From the NCBI GenBank assembly GCA_965200245.1, contig CBDATS010000004.1:128001-192000 (forward strand): a DNA stretch of 64,000 bases, read 5' to 3'. The DNA is from a bacterium (lineage in GTDB: Bacteria; UBA8248). Under the pieces are notes generated by a model. It was given only the letters and a program-made list of their open reading frames with translations. It was not told the DNA's origin and made no database searches. The position numbers and the translations under genes were made by a program. Below, one piece after another: positions 53,494-63,826 of the stretch. Within the stretch, counting starts at the first letter, position 1; each line of letters opens with the position of its first letter.

Positions 53494-54542
53494 TCCAGAT
53501 CATTGCTCTGCCCGGCGGGCGCGAGCAGCACCTTCAGCCCCGCCCCGCGTCGCATGATGTCGAAGCCCCTCTCCCAAGCATCAAGCGGGAGCATATCGGA
53601 TACCATCGCCTCACTGTCCACCCTGCCTGTCTCCAGCAGTTCAAGTGCCAGGAGCCAAGCGGATCGCTTCTGGCCAAACGTGCCTACCAAGCGAATCTCC
53701 TTGAACGCCAACCTGCCCATATCGACTGCAACGGGCGCAACGGGCAGACCCACCTGGAGGATTTCTCCTCCCTTTCTCACCGCCTCGACGCAGACTTCTA
53801 GCACACCGGGCGCACCCGCCGCCTCGACTGCCAAGTCGGCTCCCCAACCATTCGTCTCTTCCATCACCCGCTCGAGAACACACTCTTTCTCGACGTTCAC
53901 CGCCCATTTCGCGCCGAACGAGCGTGCAAGTGCAAGCCTGTGCACATCCTTGCCGGCGCCTGCCACCATCACACGTGCGCCATGGGAGAGTGCGACCTGA
54001 GCGCACCCCAGACCAATCGCGCCCGGTCCCATGACCAGGACGAAATCTCCCTCGCGCACGCAGCATTGCTCGCACATTCCGTGTACGCACACGGCCAGAG
54101 GCTCTGAGAGCGCGGCCGCCTTCAGGCTCACGTTATCGGGCAGGCGGTGAATCGACTCCGCCCTTGTGACCACGTAGTCGGTGAAGGCCCCGTTGCTTAC
54201 CACGCCCGCGATATCACGTTCCTCGCAGCGGTTGTAGCGGCCCGAGGTACAGTGCGGACAGACGCGGCATGTCGACTTCGTGGGTTCGGCCGTCACCCGA
54301 GCGCCGAGAGGAATTCCCTCAACCCCATTGCCTGTTTCTACCACCTCGCCCGAAAACTCATGACCCAGCACCAAGGGTGGGAAATAGTGGAAAAACTCGC
54401 CCGAGGCGATATGCACGTCCGTACCGCAGATACCGGCATGGGCGACCTTGACCTTCACCTGTCCGGGTCCCACGCGAGGCTCCTCCACGTCCATAAGCGA
54501 CATGTTTCCGGGACCTTTCGCCTGTTTCACCAGAGCTCTCAT
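53490..54542 (-). CDS. Zinc-dependent (MDR) alcohol/polyol dehydrogenase
   Basis: GICGTD, LGHE, CxxCxxC-x7-C, GPGAIG. Confidence 0.92.
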   Translation of the reverse strand: MRALVKQAKGPGNMSLMDVEEPRVGPGQVKVKVAHAGICGTDVHIASGEFFHYFPPLVLGHEFSGEVVETGNGVEGIPLGARVTAEPTKSTCRVCPHCTSGRYNRCEERDIAGVVSNGAFTDYVVTRAESIHRLPDNVSLKAAALSEPLAVCVHGMCEQCCVREGDFVLVMGPGAIGLGCAQVALSHGARVMVAGAGKDVHRLALARSFGAKWAVNVEKECVLERVMEETNGWGADLAVEAAGAPGVLEVCVEAVRKGGEILQVGLPVAPVAVDMGRLAFKEIRLVGTFGQKRSAWLLALELLETGRVDSEAMVSDMLPLDAWERGFDIMRRGAGLKVLLAPAGQSNDLE

Positions 54543-54564
54543 GTTCGCCTCTCGCGGGAAGAAA

Positions 54565-55278
54565 TCAGGCGTTCAACACGGCTACCGCCCGAATCGGTGA
54601 ACCCGACCCACCCCGAATCTTGAGCGGAAGTCCGATGTAGAGGAACTCCTTGCCCACCACCAATTCGATGTTGCACAGGTTCTCCGTGTTCGTGCGACCG
54701 AGTTCGCGGCAAACAAGATGGCAAGGGTATTCCGGACTGGTCGCCATATCCATGCTCGGGGCGTCGGTGCCCACGTTGATGGCCCCGCACTCGCCATAGA
54801 CGTATTCGGCCGCTTCGCGCGTCCAGCCCGCATAGGCCGTCGTGTAGAACGGCGTCGGGTGGTGGCGCTTGAAGTGCCCGTAGGTATAGAGGAGGGTGTC
54901 ACCCGGCTTGATCTCGTAGTTATAGTGGTCAAGCCTGCGCTTCACGTCGTCTACGCCGATGTAGCTGTTGTCCTCCACGTTCTCGAAATCGATAGCGATA
55001 CCCCGACTGTAGAAAGAATCGAAGTTCATCTCGTCGATGTGCGGGGCGTCGGGCGATGGGTCAAGATGACTGATGGAATCCACGTGCGTGGGGCCGTGCT
55101 CGCAGAACTGGATGATACCCGAATAATAGCTCATCTCGCTCTTGAAGCGCCCGCTGGCGGCGCTTTCCTCATGCGTCATGTTCGTCCAGCGCCAGGTATC
55201 GGGGTGCCCGACGAACACAGGCTGACCCTGATAGATATCTTGTGAGAGATCGATGATTTCGTGATTCCTGTACGCCAT
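54565..55278 (-). CDS. Cyclase family (kynurenine-formamidase-like) metallohydrolase
   Basis: HGPTHVDSISH, GTDAPS, ENL, PLKI.GGSGSPIRA; GGAGG RBS before ATG 55278. Confidence 0.88.
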   Translation of the reverse strand: MAYRNHEIIDLSQDIYQGQPVFVGHPDTWRWTNMTHEESAASGRFKSEMSYYSGIIQFCEHGPTHVDSISHLDPSPDAPHIDEMNFDSFYSRGIAIDFENVEDNSYIGVDDVKRRLDHYNYEIKPGDTLLYTYGHFKRHHPTPFYTTAYAGWTREAAEYVYGECGAINVGTDAPSMDMATSPEYPCHLVCRELGRTNTENLCNIELVVGKEFLYIGLPLKIRGGSGSPIRAVAVLNA

Positions 55279-55577
55279 GGTGATTCTCCTCCGGCATGTC
55301 TCATTATGAGTAAACTGTTCCAATCCTTGCGATTCGCTGGGTAAAGCACTTTCGTGTAATCTGCGCCAAAACCGGTGCAACAACTCGCCTGTATCCGGGC
55401 ATCTGGCAGGAAATATCATGGGTTCTGAGCGCTTCCCGATATTAGGGTCGAGGTGAGACCTTGTCAACGGAAAGGCTTGGGCGGCGCATCCATCGGGAAT
55501 TGACATCCCGAAGTCCTTCTCCTTACCATGTTGCAGAAACCCCGACTTCACTTTTTCTTTCGATAGAAAGCATCCCG

Positions 55578-56213
55578 ATGGCGTACACGCGCCGTGTAAC
55601 GGCGATAATTCTCGCCGCAGGCCTCTCGAAGCGCCTGGGACGGAACAAGCTCCTCCTTCCCCTGGGAGGTGAGACAGTCGTCCGCAAGACGGCGAAAGCG
55701 GTATGCAAGAGCGCGGTCTCGGAAGTCATCCTCGTGACGGGCCATGAGCAGGCAATGGTGAGAGAGGCTGTAAAGGATCTCAATGTGCGGCTCACGCACA
55801 ATCTCCGCTACGCCGAGGGCCAAAGCACGAGCATGATCGCAGGAATCGAGGCGGCACCGGAAGACACGGAGGCTTATTTGTTCGTCTTGGGCGATCAACC
55901 CCTGCTCACGCCCGAAATCGTGAACGGGATGATTGCCCTCTATGAAGAGTCTTACCCAGATGCACTCATCACAGTGCCTGTCTTCGAGGAAAAGCGTGGA
56001 AATCCCACCCTGTTCTCCACCGCCTTGAAGGGCGAACTGCTCCGGGCGAGCGGCGATGCAGGTGGCAGGAACGTTATCCGGATACTGGAAACGGAATCTC
56101 CCGCGAGAATCGTTTTTCTCCACCTGCCTAATGATGATATCTTTCTCGACATTGACACAGAAAAAGACTACGAACTTATACTTCGTACATGCCCGAAAGA
56201 CTCATACGAGTAG
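55578..56213 (+). CDS. MocA-like molybdenum cofactor cytidylyltransferase
   Basis: ILAAGLSKRLG.NKLLL, LGDQP, GNP, GDAGGR, DIDT. Confidence 0.82.
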   Translation: MAYTRRVTAIILAAGLSKRLGRNKLLLPLGGETVVRKTAKAVCKSAVSEVILVTGHEQAMVREAVKDLNVRLTHNLRYAEGQSTSMIAGIEAAPEDTEAYLFVLGDQPLLTPEIVNGMIALYEESYPDALITVPVFEEKRGNPTLFSTALKGELLRASGDAGGRNVIRILETESPARIVFLHLPNDDIFLDIDTEKDYELILRTCPKDSYE

Positions 56214-56228
56214 TAAAGGAGCACATCC

Positions 56229-57371
56229 ATGGTGAAGCCGTTTCAGATTGCATCCGGACCACGCGTCCGCTTTGGCCGTGGAGAGACCGTCCATATCGGT
56301 GAAGAAGCGAAGGGCCTGGGTATCGCCAGGCCGATGTTCGTCACAGACCCGGGACTTGCGTCGAGCGGAGCACTCGACACGGTGCTGAAAAGTCTCGAAG
56401 AAGCAGTTCTTGACTATCAGTTCTACGATCAGGCCGAGGCGAATCCCACGGACACGAGCATCATCGGGGCCCGTGATTTCTTCAGCGAACACGGTTGTGA
56501 CAGCTTCATCGCCGCGGGTGGCGGCAGCACGATGGACACCGCCAAGGCGACGCTTGCCCTCATCGCAAACGGAGGCGTGCCGAGCGATTACTACGGACGA
56601 GGCAAGGCCAATACGCCCGGTCCGCCCCTCATCACCGTTCCTACCACAGCGGGCACGGGTAGCGAGGTCACGATGAGCTCTATCGTCACGGACACGAAGT
56701 TCATGATCAAAACCGTCCTAGCGGATGACACGCTCTTCGCGAAACTCGCCGTCGTCGACTCGGCACTCCTCGCCAGGCTGCCCTCTCACATCGCTGCGGG
56801 TGCGATGATGGACGCCCTGACGCACGCCATCGAATCGGTCGGCTCGCCAAACTCGAACCCTTGGACGGAAGCGCTTGCGTTTCAATCCATCGCGCACATC
56901 GGTGAACACGGCAGGGCCTACGTGGACGATCCATCCAACCCGAAAGCCGCAGACGCGATATCGCTTGCGGCGATGCTCGCGGGACGTGCATTCACCAACA
57001 CGGGCCTCGGCATCGTACACTCACTCGCGCATCCATTGGGTGCCTACCACGGGCTGCACCACGGCACAGCGAACGGCATATTCCTGCCGCCCGTCATGGA
57101 GTTCAACCTTCCCGCCATGCGGGAGACTTACGCGCGAATGGCACCGCTTCTGAAAGACGGCGCGGCGAGCACGGCCGAGGCGGCAATAGACGCCATCCGC
57201 GAACTCAACACGGACATCGGCATACCGCCCAGCCTGAGAGCAGCCGATGTCGCGAACGAGAACCTTGATATCCTCGCCAAAGACGCGGCGGAGAGCCACC
57301 AGGTCACGACGAACCCTGTCCCCTCGAATCAAGAGGACATGAAACGCCTTCTGCTGGCCGTGCTCGAGTAG
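56229..57371 (+). CDS. Iron-containing alcohol dehydrogenase
   Basis: GGGSTMD, PTTAGTGSE, DALTHAIE, HSLAH, HG. Confidence 0.92.
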   Translation: MVKPFQIASGPRVRFGRGETVHIGEEAKGLGIARPMFVTDPGLASSGALDTVLKSLEEAVLDYQFYDQAEANPTDTSIIGARDFFSEHGCDSFIAAGGGSTMDTAKATLALIANGGVPSDYYGRGKANTPGPPLITVPTTAGTGSEVTMSSIVTDTKFMIKTVLADDTLFAKLAVVDSALLARLPSHIAAGAMMDALTHAIESVGSPNSNPWTEALAFQSIAHIGEHGRAYVDDPSNPKAADAISLAAMLAGRAFTNTGLGIVHSLAHPLGAYHGLHHGTANGIFLPPVMEFNLPAMRETYARMAPLLKDGAASTAEAAIDAIRELNTDIGIPPSLRAADVANENLDILAKDAAESHQVTTNPVPSNQEDMKRLLLAVLE

Positions 57372-57374
57372 ACG

Positions 57375-57896
57375 ATGCCCGCAAACGAGATATTGATATC
57401 GGGAGCGCAGATACGACACCGCCTCCCGGTACTCGCTGCCGAGATCAACGAGGCATTGCCCAACGGGCCACTCCATGTCGTGATGATACTGAAGGGCTCT
57501 ATCTTCTTCGGCGTCGACCTCGCCCGTGCCCTTGAACGCAACACCACACTCGGCTTTCTCACGGCTTCGAGCTACGGCGCGGACACGACGAGCAAGGGCA
57601 AAGTAAAAATCGACGCCAGACACCTCGGCGACATCAAGGGCCGAAGCATTTTGCTCATCGACGATATTCTCGATACGGGCCACACGCTTTCGAAAACCAT
57701 CAACGTTCTGCGGGAAAAGCACCCCGCGTCTCTCAGGACGTGCGTATTGATGGACAAGCCCGAGAGAAGGGAAGTCGAGATACAGGCGGATCACGCAGGT
57801 TTCGCCATCGGGAATCATTTTGTCGTAGGCTACGGATTGGACTGCGACGGGGCGTACCGCACCCTGCCGGATATTCGCATCTATACGCCCGAATGA
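57375..57896 (+). CDS. hpt: Hypoxanthine phosphoribosyltransferase
   Basis: ILKGS, SSYG, LIDDILDTGHTL, FVVGYGLD, YR.LP. Confidence 0.93.
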   Translation: MPANEILISGAQIRHRLPVLAAEINEALPNGPLHVVMILKGSIFFGVDLARALERNTTLGFLTASSYGADTTSKGKVKIDARHLGDIKGRSILLIDDILDTGHTLSKTINVLREKHPASLRTCVLMDKPERREVEIQADHAGFAIGNHFVVGYGLDCDGAYRTLPDIRIYTPE

Positions 57897-57912
57897 GGAT
57901 TGCCCGAAGGAG

Positions 57913-58197
57913 ACGAACAGGTGGAGGTTGGGGGTCACCCCTGCAAGGGGCTTTTGAATGAGTCCTAGTCTCGTGATTCGGTATATATAGCCGTACGAGG
58001 AGGTCTCCCATGGGACCATCCCTTTCTGGGGATCGTCCCATGGGTCATGATTCCGGGTTGTTCACAGGAACGGTCCGCTGCAAGGGCGGTGCGATTTTGC
58101 CCGCCATTCCGGCTTTCGCCGGAATGGCCGAAATGGTCAATTCCGACCGAAGAGGGGTTTTTCCACAACCCCTCAATCAAACGCCTCGGCCTTTCGT
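57913..58197. ncRNA. Large multi-hairpin structured element (candidate ncRNA or cis-regulatory leader)
   Basis: Closing stem 57913-57927/58184-58197 encloses about eight hairpins, including a ~15-bp (58007-58044), an 11-bp (58103-58128) and an 8-bp (58152-58174) stem. Confidence 0.5.
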
Positions 58198-58216
58198 TCA
58201 CACAGGAGATACGGAC

Positions 58217-59320
58217 ATGCCAATTCAGGAAGTAACAGTCTGGGATACTGCCGTGGAAGTCGCCCAGGGCTCGAGAAACCGCTACGGTGGCGCGTCGACG
58301 CTGGAACGCGTCGTGGTTCGCCTGGAAAACGACGATAGCCTTGAGGGCTGGGGCGAGGCCGCACCGCTCATGTATTTCACCCAGGAGATGGGCTCCGAGA
58401 TGGCGTCCACGCTCCGTGAAGCCGCTCCCCGCATTCGGGGGTTGACGGCGGATGACCTCCTGGCTGCGCTGGATGGCGTGGCGGATTTCAGGGGAATGGG
58501 CGCCGCGCGCACCGCGCTCGAAATCGCCGCTATGGACCTCGCCGCCAAAATCAATCAGACGCCCTTCGATCATGTTTTCGGCGGGCGCAAGAGAAACGTT
58601 GTTATGCTGGACGGCCCCATCGGCCTACTCTCGCCTGAGGAGGCCGTCAAAAAGGCGGAGACACTTGTGGATAAAGGTGTACACACCCTCAAGGTGAAAT
58701 CAGGCGTCGAGGTAGAGGCGGATGCGGAGCGCATCGCGAGGCTGCGCGACAGGTTCGGCCCCGAAATCAAGCTGAGGACGGATGCGAACGGCGGATTCAC
58801 ACCAGAGGAAGCGCTGCGCTTCACGGACAGAATGGTCGAGATCGGCATCGAACACTTCGAACAGCCCGTGCTTCCCGCAGAGGAGAAACACATCGACGTA
58901 TTCCGCGAAATCCGTGCCAGGGGGATGCAGGTCGCGGTGGATGAATCCTTGTTCTCCATCGACGACGCTCGCCGCCTGGTCGATTTGGAGGCCGTTGACA
59001 TCGGCCTTGTCAAGATCGCCAAGTTCGGCGGCCCCAGGGATGCCTGGGAGGTCGCGCGTGTATTCGACGTCGCCGGAAAACCCGCTCTGCTCAGTTCGCC
59101 ATACGAATCGTATATCGCCAAATCGGCGGGGTTCGCCATTGCGCTGTCGCTTGAGAACGCGGACAGGGCACACGAACTTGCCCATCTTCTCGATGAAGAA
59201 CCCTACGCCGAGTGGGACCACTCCATATCAGGCGGTGAGTTCACGGCGGTGGATGCAGCGGGGCACGGAGCGGTCGGTATTCCCGCCCGAATCGAGAAGA
59301 TAGCCAAGGCTGCCGTATAG
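58217..59320 (+). CDS. Enolase-superfamily (mandelate racemase / muconate lactonizing enzyme) protein
   Basis: GWGE, LKVK, DANG, EQP, VDES, second Lys in VKIAKFGG; AGGAG RBS. Confidence 0.88.
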   Translation: MPIQEVTVWDTAVEVAQGSRNRYGGASTLERVVVRLENDDSLEGWGEAAPLMYFTQEMGSEMASTLREAAPRIRGLTADDLLAALDGVADFRGMGAARTALEIAAMDLAAKINQTPFDHVFGGRKRNVVMLDGPIGLLSPEEAVKKAETLVDKGVHTLKVKSGVEVEADAERIARLRDRFGPEIKLRTDANGGFTPEEALRFTDRMVEIGIEHFEQPVLPAEEKHIDVFREIRARGMQVAVDESLFSIDDARRLVDLEAVDIGLVKIAKFGGPRDAWEVARVFDVAGKPALLSSPYESYIAKSAGFAIALSLENADRAHELAHLLDEEPYAEWDHSISGGEFTAVDAAGHGAVGIPARIEKIAKAAV

Positions 59321-59362
59321 CGAGAACGATTCTTTATTCGATTGCCCAGGAGAATGAATGCG

Positions 59363-60277
59363 ATGAGTCTCCCCGCCAAGGTCGAGATCGTCGAGGTCGG
59401 CACGCGAGACGGCCTCCAGAACGAAAAGCAATACATCACGCCCGAGGACAAAATCAGACTCCTCGACACCATCACCGACGCGGGCGTTCGCCGCATCGAG
59501 GTGACGAGTTTCGTGAGCCCCAGGCATGTTCCCCAGTTGCGGGACGCCAGGGAAGTGCTGGCGGGCTGCAAGCGCAACCCCGAGGCCGAATATGAGGCCC
59601 TGATCCCCAATGTGCGCGGTATGGAGCGCGCCCTTGAATACGAACTCGACGGCGTGATGCTGTTCGTCTCCGCCAGCGAGACGTTCAACCTGAAGAACAT
59701 CCGCGCGAGCCGGAAGACGATGCTTGGCGTCGCCCGCGAAGTCGCAAAAATGGCGCTGGGCGCAGGGCTGAAACTCCGGGGCGGCGTGGTCGCCACGTTC
59801 GGCTGCCCATATGAGGGGCGCATCTCCTATGAGGACGTCGAATGGATTATCAGCGAGTACGTGGACATGGGTTGTGGGGAAATCGGCTTGGCTGATACCG
59901 TGGGAATGACGAACCCGGCGGAAATCAAAAGGCTCACCAATCATATACGGGAGAAGTTCCCTTCTGTCCGCTACGCGCTGCACCTCCACAACACGAGAGG
60001 GATCGGCCTCGCCAACTTGCTGGCGGGGCTGGAAGTCGGGGTGGATACGTTTGACACCTCCATCGGCGGCCTGGGTGGCTGTCCCTTCGCACCGCGCGCC
60101 ACGGGCAACATCGCCAGCGAGGACACGATCAACATGCTCCATGAGATGGGCATCAAGACAGGCGTCAACCTGCCGAAACTCCTGGAAGCCGTATCCCATG
60201 CAGAGAAAATTTTGAACCGGCAGTTGCCGGGACAACTCCTTCACGCCGGCATCCCCGAGTGGGAAATCGCATCCTGA
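59363..60277 (+). CDS. HMG-CoA lyase family (DRE-TIM) enzyme
   Basis: EVGTRDGLQNE, SFVSP, LADTVG, HLHNTRG, GLGGCPFAP.A.GN. Confidence 0.92.
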   Translation: MSLPAKVEIVEVGTRDGLQNEKQYITPEDKIRLLDTITDAGVRRIEVTSFVSPRHVPQLRDAREVLAGCKRNPEAEYEALIPNVRGMERALEYELDGVMLFVSASETFNLKNIRASRKTMLGVAREVAKMALGAGLKLRGGVVATFGCPYEGRISYEDVEWIISEYVDMGCGEIGLADTVGMTNPAEIKRLTNHIREKFPSVRYALHLHNTRGIGLANLLAGLEVGVDTFDTSIGGLGGCPFAPRATGNIASEDTINMLHEMGIKTGVNLPKLLEAVSHAEKILNRQLPGQLLHAGIPEWEIAS

Positions 60278-60392
60278 GCCGACACCGCGTGTCGCATCAG
60301 TTTTTTGCATAGTCCGTCCGGCGAGTTCGGAAATACTTGACTCCATGGCGAAAAACTGATTGTATGCAATATACACTTTCAGGAGAAGAGCG

Positions 60393-61955
60393 TTGCCGCC
60401 CGAGCCCGAACGACCAGATCCAATAGACGAACTGAAAGCCCTCACTTCCAGGGCGCAGGCACGGGGAGGCGAGGCGTCGAAACAGTGCCAGCACAAGCAG
60501 GGAAAGTTAACCGCCAGAGAGCGTATCGACCTCCTGATCGACCCCGATAGTTTTTCCGAAATCAACCTGTTCGTCGAGACGCGCGCAACGGATTTCGGCA
60601 TGGACCAGCGCCGAATGCCCGGTGACGGTGTCATCACCGGCAGTGGGTACGTGAACGGCCAACTCGTGTTCGTGGTCTCGCAGGATTTCGGCTCTCTCGG
60701 CGGCTCGCTGGGTGAGATGCACGCGGAGAAAATCGTGAAGATACAGGAACTCGCCATGAAGGCGGGCGCGCCCATTATCACCATCCTCGATTCGGGCGGC
60801 GCGCGCATCCATGAGGGCGTTCTGGCGCTTCATGGCTACGCGCAAATCTTCCACAACAACACCCAGGCATCGGGCGTGATCCCACAAATATCGGTCATCC
60901 TCGGCCCCTGCGCGGGCGGCGCTGTCTACTCGCCCGCCATCACGGACTTCGTCTTCATGGTTGACGGGCTGAGCAAGATGTTCATCACCGGCCCGGAAGT
61001 CATCAAGGCGGTAACGGGAGAAGACGTATCCGTCGAGGAGTTGGGCGGTGGCGCGGTACACAGTTCGACCAGCGGGAACGCGCACTTCCTCGCAAAAGAC
61101 GAGCGTGAGTGCTTCGCGATGGTGAAAAAACTGCTCTCATTTCTGCCATCGAACAATATGGATGACCCTCCTCTTGCCGATACGTCCGAGTGGCCGCCGG
61201 ATGAAAATCCCGAACTCGACGGCATCGTCCCAGCGGAGGCCACGAGTGCCTATGACGTGCGTGACCTGGTGGCCAATGTTTTCGACGACGGCGATTTCCT
61301 GGAGGTTCACGCTGATTTCGCCAAAAACATCGTCGTCGGATTCGCACGCCTGCGGGGAAGGCCTGTTGGCGTCGTGGGAAACCAACCCAGGCACTTGGCC
61401 GGCGTCCTGGACATCGACAGTTCCGACAAGCTCGCCCGCTTCGTTCGCTTTTGCGACGCCTTTAACCTGCCCATCGTCAACTTCGTGGACGTGCCCGGCT
61501 ATCTGCCCGGCACGCAGCAGGAATACGGTGGGGTTATCCGTCACGGGGCCAAGGTGCTCTTCGCATACAGTGAAGCGAACGTGCCGAAAATCGCGCTCAT
61601 CGTCAGAAAGAGCTACGGCGGCGCCTACATCGCGATGAGCGGGTTCGGCCTGGGCTACGACCGTGTGCTGGCGTACCCATTCGCCGAAATCGCGGTGATG
61701 GGTCCCGAAGGGGCAGCCAACATCATCTTCCGGCGCGAGATCGGCGAAGCCGGGGATCCCGAAAAAGTCCGGGGGGAGAAGATAGAAGAATACCGCAGGC
61801 TTTTCGCCACACCCTACACGGCGGCGAAATACGGGCTGGTGGACGTCATCATCGAGCCTCGACACACGAGGGACGCGCTTATTCGCGCGCTCGAAATGAC
61901 CGCGCACAAGCGCGAGGACAGGCCGCAGAAAAAACACGGTAACATTCCGCTGTAA
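60393..61955 (+). CDS. Carboxyltransferase (alpha) subunit of a Na+-translocating acyl-CoA decarboxylase (MmdA/PccB-like)
   Basis: GKLTARERI, DSGGARI, CAGGAVYSPA, DVPGYLPG, KKHGNIPL; TTG start after AGGAG. Confidence 0.92.
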   Translation: MPPEPERPDPIDELKALTSRAQARGGEASKQCQHKQGKLTARERIDLLIDPDSFSEINLFVETRATDFGMDQRRMPGDGVITGSGYVNGQLVFVVSQDFGSLGGSLGEMHAEKIVKIQELAMKAGAPIITILDSGGARIHEGVLALHGYAQIFHNNTQASGVIPQISVILGPCAGGAVYSPAITDFVFMVDGLSKMFITGPEVIKAVTGEDVSVEELGGGAVHSSTSGNAHFLAKDERECFAMVKKLLSFLPSNNMDDPPLADTSEWPPDENPELDGIVPAEATSAYDVRDLVANVFDDGDFLEVHADFAKNIVVGFARLRGRPVGVVGNQPRHLAGVLDIDSSDKLARFVRFCDAFNLPIVNFVDVPGYLPGTQQEYGGVIRHGAKVLFAYSEANVPKIALIVRKSYGGAYIAMSGFGLGYDRVLAYPFAEIAVMGPEGAANIIFRREIGEAGDPEKVRGEKIEEYRRLFATPYTAAKYGLVDVIIEPRHTRDALIRALEMTAHKREDRPQKKHGNIPL

Positions 61956-61971
61956 GGATAAGGATTTTCCC

Positions 61972-62292
61972 GTGGACGCATTCATACCCGGATTATTGCT
62001 GACGGTCGTCGGCCTGGGCGTCGTTTTCGGCTCCCTGATCGTGCTGATGGTGATCATTATGCTTCTGGAGAGGTTCTTCGGCTCAAGAAGTGAGGAAACA
62101 GGCACGGGCACGCATGAGCAGAAGTCCTCGCCCCAAAGTGACGATCTGGAAATTGTCCTCGCGGCCGCTGCCGGATATTTTCTTGAAACCGAAACCCCCG
62201 AAATATACGTTCCTCCAGTGCGCCGGAACGCGGATTCCTTCTGGGCGCGAACTGCCCGCCAGGGCAGGCTCAGCCACCGGAGGCGGCAGTGA
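61972..62292 (+). CDS. OadG/MmdD-type membrane anchor subunit
   Basis: N-terminal TM GLGVVFGSLIVL; C-terminal W...AR motif; operon position. Confidence 0.85.
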   Translation: MDAFIPGLLLTVVGLGVVFGSLIVLMVIIMLLERFFGSRSEETGTGTHEQKSSPQSDDLEIVLAAAAGYFLETETPEIYVPPVRRNADSFWARTARQGRLSHRRRQ

Positions 62293-62693
62293 GAAACTTC
62301 CACCTGACCATCAACGGAAAACGATACGCTGTGAGCGTGGAGCGCGTCCCCGGATCGAACGACCTCGAAATCACGCTAGACGGGCAGACGCACCGCGTGC
62401 AGGTGGAAGAAGAGGAGAAAGCGGCCGTTCCCCGCCCCTCCGCTGCCGCACGCAAGTCCCCGCCCCGGTCTTCGAGCGCCAGCGGCAAAATACTGGCTCC
62501 CCTGCCGGGCGTGGTGGTCTCCGTCGAGGTCACTCCGGGCGATTCGGTACGAGCAGGAGATACGCTCCTGGTGTTGGAAGCCATGAAGATGGAAAACGTG
62601 ATTCTCGCGGATTCGGACTGTGTCGTGCAGGCGGTTCACGTGGCGAAAGGTGACAAGGTGGAAGCCTCGCATCTGCTGATGGAGGTCTCATGA
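62289..62693 (+). CDS. Biotin carboxyl carrier subunit (MmdC-like)
   Basis: [13 protein letters not shown] biotinylation motif, Ala/Pro linker. Confidence 0.93.
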   Translation: MRNFHLTINGKRYAVSVERVPGSNDLEITLDGQTHRVQVEEEEKAAVPRPSAAARKSPPRSSSASGKILAPLPGVVVSVEVTPGDSVRAGDTLLVLEAMKMENVILADSDCVVQAVHVAKGDKVEASHLLMEVS

Positions 62694-63814
62694 GCCGCCT
62701 GTTCCACTCAATCGCCGAGTTCATCTCCCTCACCGGGTTTTCGTCGCTGGACTCAGGCGACATGCTCATGCTCGCCATCTCCTGCCTCCTGCTCTATCTG
62801 GCCATCCAGAAAGGCTTCGAGCCCCTGCTGCTGGTGCCCATCGGATTCGGCATGCTGCTCTCGAACCTGCCAGAAACGGGTATATTCGATGAAGGCGGCC
62901 TCATCCAGTATTTCTATTTCGGGGTGAAAGCAGGCGTCTTCCCGCCGCTCATCTTCATGGGCATCGGCGCGTTGACCGACTTCGGGCCGCTGCTGGCGAA
63001 TCCGAAAACCTTGCTGCTCGGCGCCGCGGCACAGTTCGGTATCTTCGCCACGCTGCTCGGAAGCATATTCCTGGGCTTCAATCTTTCGGAAGCGGGCGCC
63101 ATCGGCATCATCGGCGGAGCAGACGGTCCTACGGCCATCTATACCGCTTCCAAGCTGGCACCCCACCTGCTCGGCCCTATCGCCGTCGCCGCTTACAGCT
63201 ACATGGCGCTCGTCCCGATGATTCAGCCCCCTATCATGAAGGCGCTCACGACCGGGGAGGAGCGTTCGCGGGAGATGGTGCAGCTAAAAGAAATCGAGAA
63301 GCCCGTCCGCATCCTCTTCCCCATCGTCACGACACTGCTCACGGGTCTTCTCCTGCCCTCGGCGGCGCCTCTCATCGGTATGCTTATGCTTGGGAACCTC
63401 TTCCGCGAGTGCGGGGCCGTGGAGAGGCTCCTGAAGACCTCCGAAGACTCGCTGCTCAACATGGTGACGATATTCCTCGGCGTCTCGGTGGGTGCCTCGA
63501 TGACGGCGCACACATTTCTCAAGTGGCAGACCATCGGCATTCTCCTGCTTGGCTTCATCGCTTTCGGCATCGGCACGGCCACCGGCGTGATCTTTGGCAA
63601 GATCATGGCTGCGTTCAGCCGCACGCCGATCAATCCCCTCATCGGTGCCGCAGGAGTGAGCGCAGTTCCCATGGCAGCGCGTGTCGTCCAGAAAGTGGGG
63701 GCCGACGAGAATCCGGGGAATTTCCTGCTCATGCACGCGATGGGCCCGAACGTTGCGGGCGTCATTGGATCGGCGATAGCGGCCGGCGTGCTCATATCAC
63801 TCATCCAAACCTGA
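62690..63814 (+). CDS. Na+-translocating decarboxylase beta subunit (OadB/MmdB family)
   Basis: [56 protein letters not shown]. Confidence 0.96.
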   Translation: MSRLFHSIAEFISLTGFSSLDSGDMLMLAISCLLLYLAIQKGFEPLLLVPIGFGMLLSNLPETGIFDEGGLIQYFYFGVKAGVFPPLIFMGIGALTDFGPLLANPKTLLLGAAAQFGIFATLLGSIFLGFNLSEAGAIGIIGGADGPTAIYTASKLAPHLLGPIAVAAYSYMALVPMIQPPIMKALTTGEERSREMVQLKEIEKPVRILFPIVTTLLTGLLLPSAAPLIGMLMLGNLFRECGAVERLLKTSEDSLLNMVTIFLGVSVGASMTAHTFLKWQTIGILLLGFIAFGIGTATGVIFGKIMAAFSRTPINPLIGAAGVSAVPMAARVVQKVGADENPGNFLLMHAMGPNVAGVIGSAIAAGVLISLIQT

Positions 63815-63826
63815 GGAGCGACATTC

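Noticed and set aside
55420-55480. Possible Moco riboswitch upstream of the mocA-like gene
   Set aside because: Only TCTGAGC and GGAAAGG resemble the motif; the core elements are missing and it lies about 100 nt from the start codon.
57913-58197. RNase P, SRP, tmRNA, 6S or group I/II intron identity for the structured element
   Set aside because: Diagnostic motifs are absent. A GAGACUA (group I R-like) on the minus strand has no S partner, and AGCCGUAC lacks the matching domain V 3' half.
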